Under the pieces are notes generated by a model that was not told the origin of the DNA, ran no database searches, and saw nothing but the letters and a program-made list of their open reading frames with translations. From Clostridia bacterium (lineage in GTDB: Bacteria > Bacillota > Clostridia > Oscillospirales > Acutalibacteraceae), in NCBI GenBank assembly GCA_017533175.1, contig JAFXIJ010000010.1, positions 9,678 to 73,677 on the forward strand: a stretch of 64,000 nucleotides of DNA, written 5' to 3'. Made by a program: the position numbers and the translations under genes. Of the stretch, positions 1-9,699 are shown piece by piece. How positions within the stretch are numbered: the first letter of the stretch is position 1; every line of letters starts with the position of its first letter.

Positions 1-2607
1 GTAAACGCCGTGCTGAAAGATACTCCGGTTGAAATTACTGCCGAAGTAGATAGGGCAGGTGAGTACAAAATCGGACTCCTCTACAAATCTCTCGATGATA
101 TGGTCTCGGTTATGGAACTTGATATCGAGATTGACGGAGTTAATCCTGCCGTTTCTGGAAAAAAACTGACATTACCAAAGTTTTGGACCAGCGAGGAGGA
201 GTTCCGCCTCGATGGTGCGGGCAACCAGTTTGCTCCCGAACAGGTTTTATACAAAGAAAGCGCAACTCACTATTTCACCGAGGTTGTTGATTACAGAATA
301 GGCTACTGCACAGTGGAATTAACAGCAGGAACCCATACTGTCAAAATAACACCGGCAAATACCAACGTTTTAGTGGAAAAGCTTTTGCTTACCGTTGTTG
401 AGCCGGCGGATGCATATGCTGCTCCCGACAGCAGTGAGTATTATGACGGCGATGCCATAATCATTGAAGGCGAGTCTTCGCCCCTTAAAAATAATTACTG
501 GCTTAAAGCGGGTGCTGACGGCGGCAGCTCTAAGGTTTATCCAAATGATCCCATCAAGGTGAAGGTAAACAATATCGGCGGCTCCACCTGGAAGGAAAGC
601 GGAGATACTATTTATTGGTATGTTGACGCACCCAAAGCAGGATATTATAAAGTCGCTTTCTCCTACAAGCAGAACAAGGTGCTTAACGGAAATGTGTATC
701 GTTGGCTTCGCGTAAACGGAAAAACGCCTTTTGCTGAGGCAGAGAGTATTGCTTTCCCGTATGCATCAGACTGGGATATTGTAGATTTCGCTGATGAAGA
801 CAACGCTTACCTAGTATATCTTAAAGAGGGAAAAAATGAGATAAGCCTTACAGGTACCATGGGAACCTATTCTGAAACCGCAAAGATGCTTAATGAGATT
901 GTTCAGGAAATAGGCGACCTTTACCTAGATATAAATATGGTAACGGGAGATACCGTTGATGTTTACCGTGACTATCAGTTGTTTAATCAGATTCCTGGAT
1001 TTAACGATACCCTTAAAGCAATTCACGAAAGGCTTAAAACGGTAGAAGAACAGCTTATTGCAATATCTAACGGTGAGACCAGCTCAGACCTTTCATCTGT
1101 TAAGAATATGGCAAACACCATACAGTATATGTATGAGAATCCTTATAGGGCACACAGATATAAGACTACATACTATTCAAACTATACAGCTTTATCCGCT
1201 GCTATCAATGATATGCAGGATATTCCTATGAGTATTGACCGTATTTATCTTCTCGCTCCGGAAGATGAAGCTAATGAGGCAAGCTCAAACATATTTAAAA
1301 GAACCTGGTTCAGCTTCCTTAGATTCATAGCCTCTTTCACAGAGGATTACAACAATATTTCGGGAACAACAGATTCTGATTCCAAGAGAAAGGTTACCTT
1401 GTGGGTAAACTGGGGTCGTGACCAGGCTCAGATATTCAACAGCCTTATCCAGTCGGATTTCACGGTTATGCATCCTGATATACAGGTTGACTTAAAGATC
1501 GCAAACGCATCGGTTATACAGGGTGTTATTTCGGGTAACGGACCTGATGTAATTCTCAATCAGGTAAGAACCGAGCCGGTTAACCTCGCGCTTCGTGGTG
1601 TTTTATATAACCTATCCAGCTTTGATGACTGTGACGAGGTATTAAAGCAGTTTGTGGACGGAGCTGAAATTCCGTATATGTATGAAGGAAATTTGTATGC
1701 TTTACCTGATACACAGGGCTTTAATATGCTTTACTATCGTACCGATGTTTTTGAAGAACTCGGCTTACAGGTTCCTAAGACTTGGGATGAGTTTAAGACG
1801 GTAGCAAGAGTGCTTACCAGAAGAAACTTCGATGTATGGCTACCATATTCACAGATAACCGATGTTGCCAGCGTAAACGGCGGTATTGGAAGTCTTTCAA
1901 TTTTCCCGACGCTGATGATTCAAAACGGTTTATCTATGTACAATGAGGAACAGACCGCCACCACCCTTACATCTTCTGAGGTTGTTTCGGTATTTACTGA
2001 TTGGGTACATTATTATACAAGAATGAAGCTTCCTTATCAGCTTGATTTCTATAACAGATTCAGAACAGGAACCTGTCCTATGGGTATTGCGTCATATACC
2101 ACCTACAATACCATAAAGGATACAGCAAAGGAAATCGACGGTAAGTGGCAGATGGCAGAGCTCCCCGGCGTAGTTGATGAAAACGGAAACCTTAACAACA
2201 GTTCTTCGGGAAGCGGAACAGGCTGCTCGATTCTTAAAGACGCGCAAGACCCCGAGGCAGCATGGGAATTCTTAAAATGGTGGGTATCTGCTGATACACA
2301 GTATGCATATTCCATGAGTGTTGAATCGGTACTTGGACCTATCGGTCGTATATCTGTTTCTAACGTAGAAGCATTTGACAGAATGTCTTGGGATTCTGAT
2401 AAGATAGACAGCATCAAAGCTGCTTGGAACAAAACTGTTGAAATCCCCGAGATTCCGGGAAGTTATTATATTGCACGTTCAATAGACTTTGCCTTCTGGA
2501 ATTCTTCAAACGGAAATGAAAACCCCAAAGACATGCTTCTTGAATGGGGCAGAGAGGCAAATATTGAGATAGAAAGGAAGCTGAAACAGTATGAAAACAG
2601 ACGCTAA
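1..2607 (+). CDS. Giant extracellular ABC solute-binding protein with N-terminal CBM6/35-like beta-sandwich modules (5' end truncated by window edge)
   Basis: Frame 1 is open from nt 1, with no stop before the listed GTG at 10. Two modules follow the CBM6/35-style pattern (GEYKIGLLYKS...GTHTVKI; AGYYKVAFSYKQ...VNGKTPF...SDWD...LKEGKNEISL). A helical linker precedes an SBP-like C-terminal region of about 430 aa (TLWVNWGRDQAQ, YALPDTQGFNMLYYRTDVFEELG, KTWDEF). Two permease genes follow. Confidence 0.7.
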   Translation, partial: VNAVLKDTPVEITAEVDRAGEYKIGLLYKSLDDMVSVMELDIEIDGVNPAVSGKKLTLPKFWTSEEEFRLDGAGNQFAPEQVLYKESATHYFTEVVDYRIGYCTVELTAGTHTVKITPANTNVLVEKLLLTVVEPADAYAAPDSSEYYDGDAIIIEGESSPLKNNYWLKAGADGGSSKVYPNDPIKVKVNNIGGSTWKESGDTIYWYVDAPKAGYYKVAFSYKQNKVLNGNVYRWLRVNGKTPFAEAESIAFPYASDWDIVDFADEDNAYLVYLKEGKNEISLTGTMGTYSETAKMLNEIVQEIGDLYLDINMVTGDTVDVYRDYQLFNQIPGFNDTLKAIHERLKTVEEQLIAISNGETSSDLSSVKNMANTIQYMYENPYRAHRYKTTYYSNYTALSAAINDMQDIPMSIDRIYLLAPEDEANEASSNIFKRTWFSFLRFIASFTEDYNNISGTTDSDSKRKVTLWVNWGRDQAQIFNSLIQSDFTVMHPDIQVDLKIANASVIQGVISGNGPDVILNQVRTEPVNLALRGVLYNLSSFDDCDEVLKQFVDGAEIPYMYEGNLYALPDTQGFNMLYYRTDVFEELGLQVPKTWDEFKTVARVLTRRNFDVWLPYSQITDVASVNGGIGSLSIFPTLMIQNGLSMYNEEQTATTLTSSEVVSVFTDWVHYYTRMKLPYQLDFYNRFRTGTCPMGIASYTTYNTIKDTAKEIDGKWQMAELPGVVDENGNLNNSSSGSGTGCSILKDAQDPEAAWEFLKWWVSADTQYAYSMSVESVLGPIGRISVSNVEAFDRMSWDSDKIDSIKAAWNKTVEIPEIPGSYYIARSIDFAFWNSSNGNENPKDMLLEWGREANIEIERKLKQYENRR

Positions 2608-3523
2608 GATGTTAAAGCAACCGTCATTCAGCAAAATAAGCACACAGAGCTTAGGCGATAGAACATCTTTTGTCGTGCTTATGCTTCCCTTTATGATATT
2701 ATTCACATTGTTTACGGTAGTTCCGGTGTTGGCATCGATTATATTAAGCCTATTCGACTATGATATGGTATCTACACCCATTTGGAGCGGACTGGACAAT
2801 TATTTAAGAATGTTTACGGGAGATAAAGTTTTCCCAATTGTTCTTAAAAACACACTTGTACTGGCTGTTATTACAGGACCTATCGGATATGCACTTGCAT
2901 TTATCCTTGCTTGGTGTATCAGTGAGTTTGGTCCTATATTAAGAACCTTTTTAGCATTCCTTTTCTATGCACCGGCTCTTGCAGGAAATGCTTACCTTGT
3001 ATGGAGCGTTCTCTTTACGGGTGATAGCAACGGTACTGTAAACAGCTTGTTGCTAAGCTTTGGACTTATAAGCGATCCGATAATTTGGTTTAAGGATGCG
3101 GCATACAACTTTACAATTATTGTTATAGTACAGTTGTGGATGAGCATGGGCGTATCTTTCTTGGCAAACGTTGCAGGTGTACAGAACGTATCTCACGAGA
3201 TGTACGAGGCAGGTGCTATTGATGGTATTCGCAATCGTTGGCAGGAGCTTTGGTATATAACATTACCGTCGATGAAGAGCATTCTTCTTTTCAGTGCGGT
3301 AATGCAGATTCAAGCTGCCTTCTCTATCGGTGCTGTTATTACGGTACTTGCGGGTTATCCGACAGTAAACAACTCTCTCGATACCATTGTTACATATTTA
3401 ACTGATATAGGTACGATGCGATACGAATTCGGCTATGCGGCAGCTATCTCGGTAGTACTGTTTGCACTAATGGCATTGTTCCGTGTAATAATCGGTTCGT
3501 TGTTAAATTTATTAGGAAAGTGA
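2591..3523 (+). CDS. Carbohydrate ABC transporter permease (MalF/UgpA type), importer 1
   Basis: 310 aa with multiple TM segments. EAA-loop motif YEAGAIDGIRNRWQELWYITLP. Overlaps the upstream SBP stop by 17 nt. Confidence 0.85.
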   Translation: MKTDAKMLKQPSFSKISTQSLGDRTSFVVLMLPFMILFTLFTVVPVLASIILSLFDYDMVSTPIWSGLDNYLRMFTGDKVFPIVLKNTLVLAVITGPIGYALAFILAWCISEFGPILRTFLAFLFYAPALAGNAYLVWSVLFTGDSNGTVNSLLLSFGLISDPIIWFKDAAYNFTIIVIVQLWMSMGVSFLANVAGVQNVSHEMYEAGAIDGIRNRWQELWYITLPSMKSILLFSAVMQIQAAFSIGAVITVLAGYPTVNNSLDTIVTYLTDIGTMRYEFGYAAAISVVLFALMALFRVIIGSLLNLLGK

Positions 3524-3524
3524 G

Positions 3525-4427
3525 TTGAGCCTGATGGAAATGAAAGTAAAATCACATGGTCGGGTGAGCAAAAGGTCTCAGTACAAGCGCTACACCCGTT
3601 CAAGAGCTGGCAATGTGCTCTTCTTCACATTCCTAACCTTATTCGGTCTTTTTTCGGTGCTCCCACTTTTCTACTGCGTTATTACATCGTTAAAGCCGTT
3701 GGAAGAGTTACTTATTGTACCTCCCAGGTTTACAGTGTCAAGACCTACATTGCAGAACTTTACAGAATTGCCTGGCTTGCTCGCTTCGTTAAGAGTGCCG
3801 CTGTCACGCTACATATTTAACAGCGTGTTTATAGCTTTGGTATCAACGATATTGCATATTATTTGCTCAGCAGCCGCTGCATTCACCTTTTCAAAATCAA
3901 AGCTTAAAGCAAGAACTCTTTTGTTTACAATAGTTCAAATGGCTCTTCTTTACAATGCATATACACTAGCAATTCCACAGTACCTGATTTTCAGTAAGAC
4001 TGGAATCATTGATACATATTGGGTATATATTTTACCCGCAATTCCGTCAGCTATGGGCTGCTTCCTTATGAAGCAGTATATCGATAGTGCGGTGCCGGAT
4101 GCGTTGCTTGAAGCTGCAAGAATCGACGGCGCGGGCATAATGAGAATTTTCATACAAATAGTAATGCCTCTTGTAAAGCCGGCATGGTTAACGCTCTTCC
4201 TTTTCTCTTTCAGAGATATGTGGTCGATAGTTCCCAGTGGTACAATCTTCTCCGAGCAGCTTAAAACATTACCTCAGGTTATGACCTCGATTGCTGCTGG
4301 AGGTATTGCACGTACAGGTAGCTCGATGGCTGCCTCGGTAATCCTGATGTTGCCGCCTATTATTGTGTTCTGGCTCACACAGAGCAACGTAATGGAAACC
4401 ATGAGTAGCTCAGGTATTAAAGAATAA
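3525..4427 (+). CDS. Carbohydrate ABC transporter permease (MalG/UgpE type), importer 1
   Basis: 300 aa with EAA motif EAARIDGAGIMRIFIQIVMPLV. TTG start lies 2 nt after the upstream stop. The start is uncertain, with ATG alternatives at 3534 and 3540. Confidence 0.85.
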   Translation: MSLMEMKVKSHGRVSKRSQYKRYTRSRAGNVLFFTFLTLFGLFSVLPLFYCVITSLKPLEELLIVPPRFTVSRPTLQNFTELPGLLASLRVPLSRYIFNSVFIALVSTILHIICSAAAAFTFSKSKLKARTLLFTIVQMALLYNAYTLAIPQYLIFSKTGIIDTYWVYILPAIPSAMGCFLMKQYIDSAVPDALLEAARIDGAGIMRIFIQIVMPLVKPAWLTLFLFSFRDMWSIVPSGTIFSEQLKTLPQVMTSIAAGGIARTGSSMAASVILMLPPIIVFWLTQSNVMETMSSSGIKE

Positions 4428-4443
4428 TTTAGCGGAGGTAAAT

Positions 4444-6561
4444 ATGAAAAAAGGACTTTTTCGAATAATAGCAGTTGTTCTATGTATCTTGATGACTGCC
4501 GGTATTACCGTTTCCGCTAAATCTTCGGATTCATTTATACATTATTATGCAAACGGTTATTCTGTATCGGCAATTTCTCGTGATATGTATGAGCCTGCTT
4601 TCAAAATTAACGATGAAACTCTTGGCAAGGAAGTAATGGAGGGCGCTACCGACATCTTCTGCAAGGATGACTACATATATATATTAAACGGCGAAGAATC
4701 TAAGCTCTTTGTTTTAAATCCTGATTTCTCTTTTAATCGTGAAATTATTTTTAAGACAGAGGATGGATTTGAAGAAACCTTTTACGGTGCATCCAATGTT
4801 TATGTTGCTCCCGATAACACTTTGTATCTTTCTGATACAGATATGGCAAGGGTTTTTGTAGCAGACCTGGAAGGTAATATTAAGCGCTTTATGGAACTTC
4901 CCGATTCTGATATTATCCCTGAGGAATATATTTTTCAGCCGACCTCAGTGATTGTGGACCAGGATGGCAATATATATGTATTAAGTCTAGGTTCATATTA
5001 CGGCGCATTGTATTTCTCATCGGACTATGAATTCAAAGGATTCTATGGTGCAAATACAGTTCAGCATACAGCACTTGATGCTCTTTCATATATTTGGGAC
5101 CTTCTCACAAATACTGATGAAAAAAGAGCTAAGAGTGATAGAACCTTGCCCTATGCTTTCAATGATATGAGCATTGACTCGAACGGTTATCTCTACACGG
5201 TAACGAGTGCGGCTGAACCTTATTCCAATACACCCGGTCAGATTGGCATGTTAAGTCCCAGCGGTATAAACATTCTCATGAGAAGGGATAACAGAGGATC
5301 TTCCTCTTCCGCATCAGGCTTCCAGTTTGCTGAGGATAAGGTTATATTCAACTGGGAAAAAGCTAGGACACAGGATTTTGCAGGCCTTGTTATTGATGAT
5401 AGCGGATTTATTCATGCGCTTGATACAACCTATGGATTAGTTTATGTCTATGACAGCGATTGTAACCTTATCACCACATACGGCGGAGGAATAGAACAAG
5501 GAAACCAGCTGGGCTTGTTTGAAAGCGCTAGTGCTATCGCATTAAAGGGTGATAACACACTTGTATTGGATTCTGCACGAAATACTATTACAGTGTTTAA
5601 GCCTACAGAATATGGTAAACTTGTTCACGAGGCTCAGCCTCTTTATCTTGACGGTAACTATTCTGAGGCTAAGGAATTATGGACAAAGATTCTCTCAATG
5701 GACTCCAACAGTGTCTATGCTTTAAGAGGACTTGCAAAGGCACATTATTCCGAGGGAGATTACAAAACAGCTATGAAGTATGCTGAGGCCGCAAGCGATT
5801 ATTCGACCTATGACCTTGCATACCAACAGGTTCGCAACAAGCTAATAAGTGACAACTTTACATGGCTGTTCATAGGAATTGTTCTGTTGCTTGTAGGACT
5901 TGTCGTGGTGCTTGTTCGCATGAAGAAGAGAGAAAAACCGCTTATTACCAACATTAAGCTTCGTACCCTTAGCAGTACTCTTGTACATCCGTTCAGCGCG
6001 TTTAATGACATCAAGTATAAGGGCTATGGCTCTGGACCTATTGCAGCAGCAATTATTCTTCTCTTTACTTTATCCTCTATTATTAAAGAGACAGGTTCCA
6101 GCTTCCTTTTCAGAACAATTGATGCTCACAACTTTAACGCAATCTACACTTTAGCAAAATCGTTCGGCCTTGTAGTTCTTTGGATAATATGTAACTATCT
6201 TGCCAGCGTGCTTATGTCAGGAAAAGGAACCTTTAAGGAAATTGCAATAGGAACATCTTATTCTCTTGTTCCTATGATTTTTGCAAACTTCCTTATTACT
6301 GGTCTTTCATATGTCCTTACATATGATGATGTAACATTTATTAATACAATAACAACAGTTGCAACAATTTATACTTTCTATCTGTTGTTTATAGCTATTA
6401 CTACGGTTCACGAATACGGAATGTCGAAATTCCTGCTAAACACAGTAGTAGCAATCTTCTTTATGATTTTGGTTGTGTTTATTATCTTTATGGTAGTAAT
6501 TCTGCTTCAACAGCTGACTTCATTTATTGAAACCATTTACATGGAGGTGGCGTACCGATGA
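4444..6561 (+). CDS. Membrane protein: extracellular NHL-like beta-propeller + TPR-like helices + C-terminal Yip1-like multi-TM domain
   Basis: 705 aa. N-terminal signal/anchor is IIAVVLCILMTAGITVSA. About 6 NHL-like blades are visible (DDYIYILNG, DNTLYLSDT, DQDGNIYVLS, DSNGYLYTVT, DDSGFIHALD, DNTLVLDSA). TPR-like helices follow (YLDGNYSEAKELWTKIL...GDYKTAMKYAEAA), then a TM helix (FTWLFIGIVLLLVGLVVVLV) and 5 more TM segments. GGAGG RBS. The Yip1 assignment is from memory of family architecture and is not searched. Confidence 0.6.
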   Translation: MKKGLFRIIAVVLCILMTAGITVSAKSSDSFIHYYANGYSVSAISRDMYEPAFKINDETLGKEVMEGATDIFCKDDYIYILNGEESKLFVLNPDFSFNREIIFKTEDGFEETFYGASNVYVAPDNTLYLSDTDMARVFVADLEGNIKRFMELPDSDIIPEEYIFQPTSVIVDQDGNIYVLSLGSYYGALYFSSDYEFKGFYGANTVQHTALDALSYIWDLLTNTDEKRAKSDRTLPYAFNDMSIDSNGYLYTVTSAAEPYSNTPGQIGMLSPSGINILMRRDNRGSSSSASGFQFAEDKVIFNWEKARTQDFAGLVIDDSGFIHALDTTYGLVYVYDSDCNLITTYGGGIEQGNQLGLFESASAIALKGDNTLVLDSARNTITVFKPTEYGKLVHEAQPLYLDGNYSEAKELWTKILSMDSNSVYALRGLAKAHYSEGDYKTAMKYAEAASDYSTYDLAYQQVRNKLISDNFTWLFIGIVLLLVGLVVVLVRMKKREKPLITNIKLRTLSSTLVHPFSAFNDIKYKGYGSGPIAAAIILLFTLSSIIKETGSSFLFRTIDAHNFNAIYTLAKSFGLVVLWIICNYLASVLMSGKGTFKEIAIGTSYSLVPMIFANFLITGLSYVLTYDDVTFINTITTVATIYTFYLLFIAITTVHEYGMSKFLLNTVVAIFFMILVVFIIFMVVILLQQLTSFIETIYMEVAYR

Positions 6562-8768
6562 AAAAAGCATATAGAATCATATCGTTTTTATTGGTTCTCT
6601 GCCTAGTTGCAGGTCTCTTTACAGGATGTGGAGATGCTACTTATAACCGCGCTCAATATGAGATGTTAAGCACCGAATGTGTAGATTCGGGCGTTATGGC
6701 TGAAAACTCCAAATTCATTCTCGAATGGGACAATGAATACAAGTGCGTTTTAGCTAAAAGCAAGCAGTCAGGAAAGGTTTGGTCCACCACACCTCATAAG
6801 CTCTATCTTGAAGGGGAGGCAAACGCAACTATAAGCTCTCCTATTGAAATTAATGTTATTGACCCTACCTCTAAGAGCATCGATTTTGGCCGTGCGTATA
6901 TTTCCTGTGTTACAACAGGTAATATGTCAGCCGAAAAGATAGATAACGGAATAAGGGTTACATATTATTTTGATGAATTCGGCATATCGGTTCCTATTTG
7001 TTACATAATTCGTGAGGATTCGGTTGCTATTACATTTGATACTACAAAAGTTACTGAGGGAGACAGCTATAAGCTGCTGAATGTGGCTATTGCGCCTTTC
7101 TTGTGTTCATCTGAAAACAATGTTGAGGGCAATTATGTTTTTGTTCCATCAGGAACAGGCGCTCTTATGAATGCAATATCAAACGAGGGTGATAGAATCG
7201 CCTATTCCTCTGAGGTTTATGGAGTTGATGCCAGCCGACTTTATGAGGAACAGCCTATTGAAAACGAAAAGGTAAAAATGCCGGTTTTTGGTGCTAAGGA
7301 CGGCGACAGCGCAATTATGGGAATTGTTGAGCAGGGCGCTGAAATGGCTGTAATTAATGCCGCAACACGAGACAAAAAGGCTGGCTACGCAAATGTTTAT
7401 CCGAATATATATACCAGAGGATATGACATTTATGCTCAGGCCTATGGTCATAATACTAAGGTCTCTTGGCGCAACTCGGAAATAATGTCTGACCAAAATG
7501 TCGTAATCGGATATTATTTCTTAGAGGGCGAAAAGGCAAACTATGCAGGAATGGCAGAACGTTATAGAGAGTATCTTATTGAGAAAAACATCTTAAAGAA
7601 GTCTTCTCAAAAAGAAAATGCCTATGCTGTTTCGGTTCTCGGAAATATAATGAACAAAAAATTGGCATTTGGTTTTCCGTATAAGGATTTAGAAAGTCTA
7701 ACCACATTTAGTGAAACCGAAAAAATCATTAGCGGATTAGCTTCAAGCACAGGACTTTATCCTACTGTTCAGATGAAAGGCTTCGGTAAAACAGGTATAG
7801 ATGTCGGTGAAGTAGCAGGTGGTTACAAATTTGCTTCGTTAGCCGGTTCCTTAAAGGACTATAAGAAAATAGAGGAGCTTGCCAAGAACAACAACTTCCT
7901 TTTGTCAGTTGACTTTGACCTTGTAAACTTTAATAATTCGGGAAGCGGTGCAACAACAGCTAACGACGTTGCAAAGAGCCCCTCTAAATTTAAGGTTAAA
8001 CAAAGATATCCTGATATCGCTTTGCGTTGGTATAGTGACAACTTCCAACACTATTATCTTGTAAGCAGGTCAAAGCTTTCAGGTCTTGTTGATAAACTTA
8101 TTGATAAGGCAGCAAAACTTGGAGTAACGGGTATAAGCACCTCATCATTGGGACAGGTTGCTTATTCTGATTATTCTGATGCTAAATATGCTACAAGATT
8201 ACAGACCGAAACTGATGTTGCCGAATATCTTACAAGAATTAAGAATGCAGGATACAAGGTGGTTACAGACGATGCGAATGTTTATGCTGCTGCTGTAAGC
8301 GACTCGGTTCTGAATCTTAAGGTTGACCCCTACAATGTGGATGGTATTGACCAATATATACCTTTCTATCAAATGGTCTTTAAAGGATATGTTCCGCTAT
8401 ACAGTGAACCGATTAATCTTACCGCAAATTATAAAGTAAGTCTTTTAAACGCACTTGCTAGTGGTACGGGACTTGGATATACAGTGATGGAGAATTATGA
8501 TATAACTTATGTTACAACTCCCCACACAAATATTTACAATTCCCTTTACAGCGATATTAAGGATGATATTATAGCAGATGTTAGTGCGTACAAGTCATAT
8601 TACGCTGCAATTGAAGGAGCTTCGATTGTCAACTATCGCGTATTAGACACGGGCGTTACCGAAACAGTCTTTGATAACGGAGTGGTTGCATATACAAATG
8701 CAAGCGATACCGCTAAGGATTCACCCGTAGGACAGCTTTCGGCATACGGCTTCAAATTTAGTAAATAA
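6558..8768 (+). CDS. Large lipoprotein of unknown function (possibly DUF5696-type)
   Basis: 736 aa with a lipoprotein signal (LVLCLVAGLFTGC). ATG overlaps the upstream stop (ATGA), with GGAGGTGG RBS 6 nt upstream. I recognise no catalytic motif by eye. The DUF5696 guess rests only on recalled co-occurrence with Yip1 proteins in Firmicutes sugar loci. Confidence 0.4.
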   Translation: MKKAYRIISFLLVLCLVAGLFTGCGDATYNRAQYEMLSTECVDSGVMAENSKFILEWDNEYKCVLAKSKQSGKVWSTTPHKLYLEGEANATISSPIEINVIDPTSKSIDFGRAYISCVTTGNMSAEKIDNGIRVTYYFDEFGISVPICYIIREDSVAITFDTTKVTEGDSYKLLNVAIAPFLCSSENNVEGNYVFVPSGTGALMNAISNEGDRIAYSSEVYGVDASRLYEEQPIENEKVKMPVFGAKDGDSAIMGIVEQGAEMAVINAATRDKKAGYANVYPNIYTRGYDIYAQAYGHNTKVSWRNSEIMSDQNVVIGYYFLEGEKANYAGMAERYREYLIEKNILKKSSQKENAYAVSVLGNIMNKKLAFGFPYKDLESLTTFSETEKIISGLASSTGLYPTVQMKGFGKTGIDVGEVAGGYKFASLAGSLKDYKKIEELAKNNNFLLSVDFDLVNFNNSGSGATTANDVAKSPSKFKVKQRYPDIALRWYSDNFQHYYLVSRSKLSGLVDKLIDKAAKLGVTGISTSSLGQVAYSDYSDAKYATRLQTETDVAEYLTRIKNAGYKVVTDDANVYAAAVSDSVLNLKVDPYNVDGIDQYIPFYQMVFKGYVPLYSEPINLTANYKVSLLNALASGTGLGYTVMENYDITYVTTPHTNIYNSLYSDIKDDIIADVSAYKSYYAAIEGASIVNYRVLDTGVTETVFDNGVVAYTNASDTAKDSPVGQLSAYGFKFSK

Positions 8769-8781
8769 GGGGGGAAAACAA

Positions 8782-9693
8782 ATGAAACTATTTCAAAAGC
8801 AGTCTAACTTGATAAGAAATCGTAACCGTTGGGGATATGTATTTTGTGCACACTGGATACTTGGATTAGCTATGTTCTTTGTTGTCCCCACCGTAACCTC
8901 AATCTACTATGTCTTTTCTAATATTAATGTTGGTCAGGGAATGAAGACAACCTGGGTAGGCCTTGAAAATCTCCACTATATCTTTAATTCGGATAAGAAC
9001 TTTGTCAACAATATGGCAGCGTCACTATCCTATCTGGTGACCTCTTTGCCCATTATCCTTTCACTTAGTATGGTTTTGGCACTTATCCTTAACAGCAAGT
9101 TTCGAGGAAGGGTTGTTTTCCGTGCAATATTCTTCTTGCCGGTAATTATTACAGGCTCGGTTGTTATGATGCTAATGACAAATAACGCTGTTAACGCACC
9201 TATTTTTTCAGCAGCTTCCGGCGGTGGAGAATCTACTTATACCGAAGGTGCAATAAACTTCCAAGAAATTTTAGTAAACCTAGATTTACCCGCACAAATA
9301 AGGACGCTGATAGCGGGCTATCTGGCAAAGGTTTTCAATCTTATATGGAGTTGCGGTATTCAAACCATTCTTTTCTTAGCAGGACTTCAAAGTATTACTG
9401 CACAGCTTTATGAGGTTGCTAAGATTGAAGGAGCTAACCGCTGGGAAACCTTCTGGTTTATAGAAGTTCCGATGCTGAGAAATATCATTATGTTGGTTCT
9501 TCTCTATACAATGATAGATTTAGTAACCGAGCGTTCGACGCCGCTTATGACTCAGGTGTCAAATCTTATGTATAAGCAGATGATATACGACAGAAGCTCT
9601 GCTATGCTCTGGATTTATTTCCTTTGTGCAGGAGCAATTATGGGATTAATTCTGTTTTTATATAACAGACTCTGCATTAAGAAATGGGAGTGA
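8782..9693 (+). CDS. Carbohydrate ABC transporter permease (MalF type), importer 2
   Basis: 303 aa, multi-TM, with EAA motif YEVAKIEGANRWETFWFIEVPML. Confidence 0.85.
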   Translation: MKLFQKQSNLIRNRNRWGYVFCAHWILGLAMFFVVPTVTSIYYVFSNINVGQGMKTTWVGLENLHYIFNSDKNFVNNMAASLSYLVTSLPIILSLSMVLALILNSKFRGRVVFRAIFFLPVIITGSVVMMLMTNNAVNAPIFSAASGGGESTYTEGAINFQEILVNLDLPAQIRTLIAGYLAKVFNLIWSCGIQTILFLAGLQSITAQLYEVAKIEGANRWETFWFIEVPMLRNIIMLVLLYTMIDLVTERSTPLMTQVSNLMYKQMIYDRSSAMLWIYFLCAGAIMGLILFLYNRLCIKKWE

Positions 9694-9699
9694 TGCATT

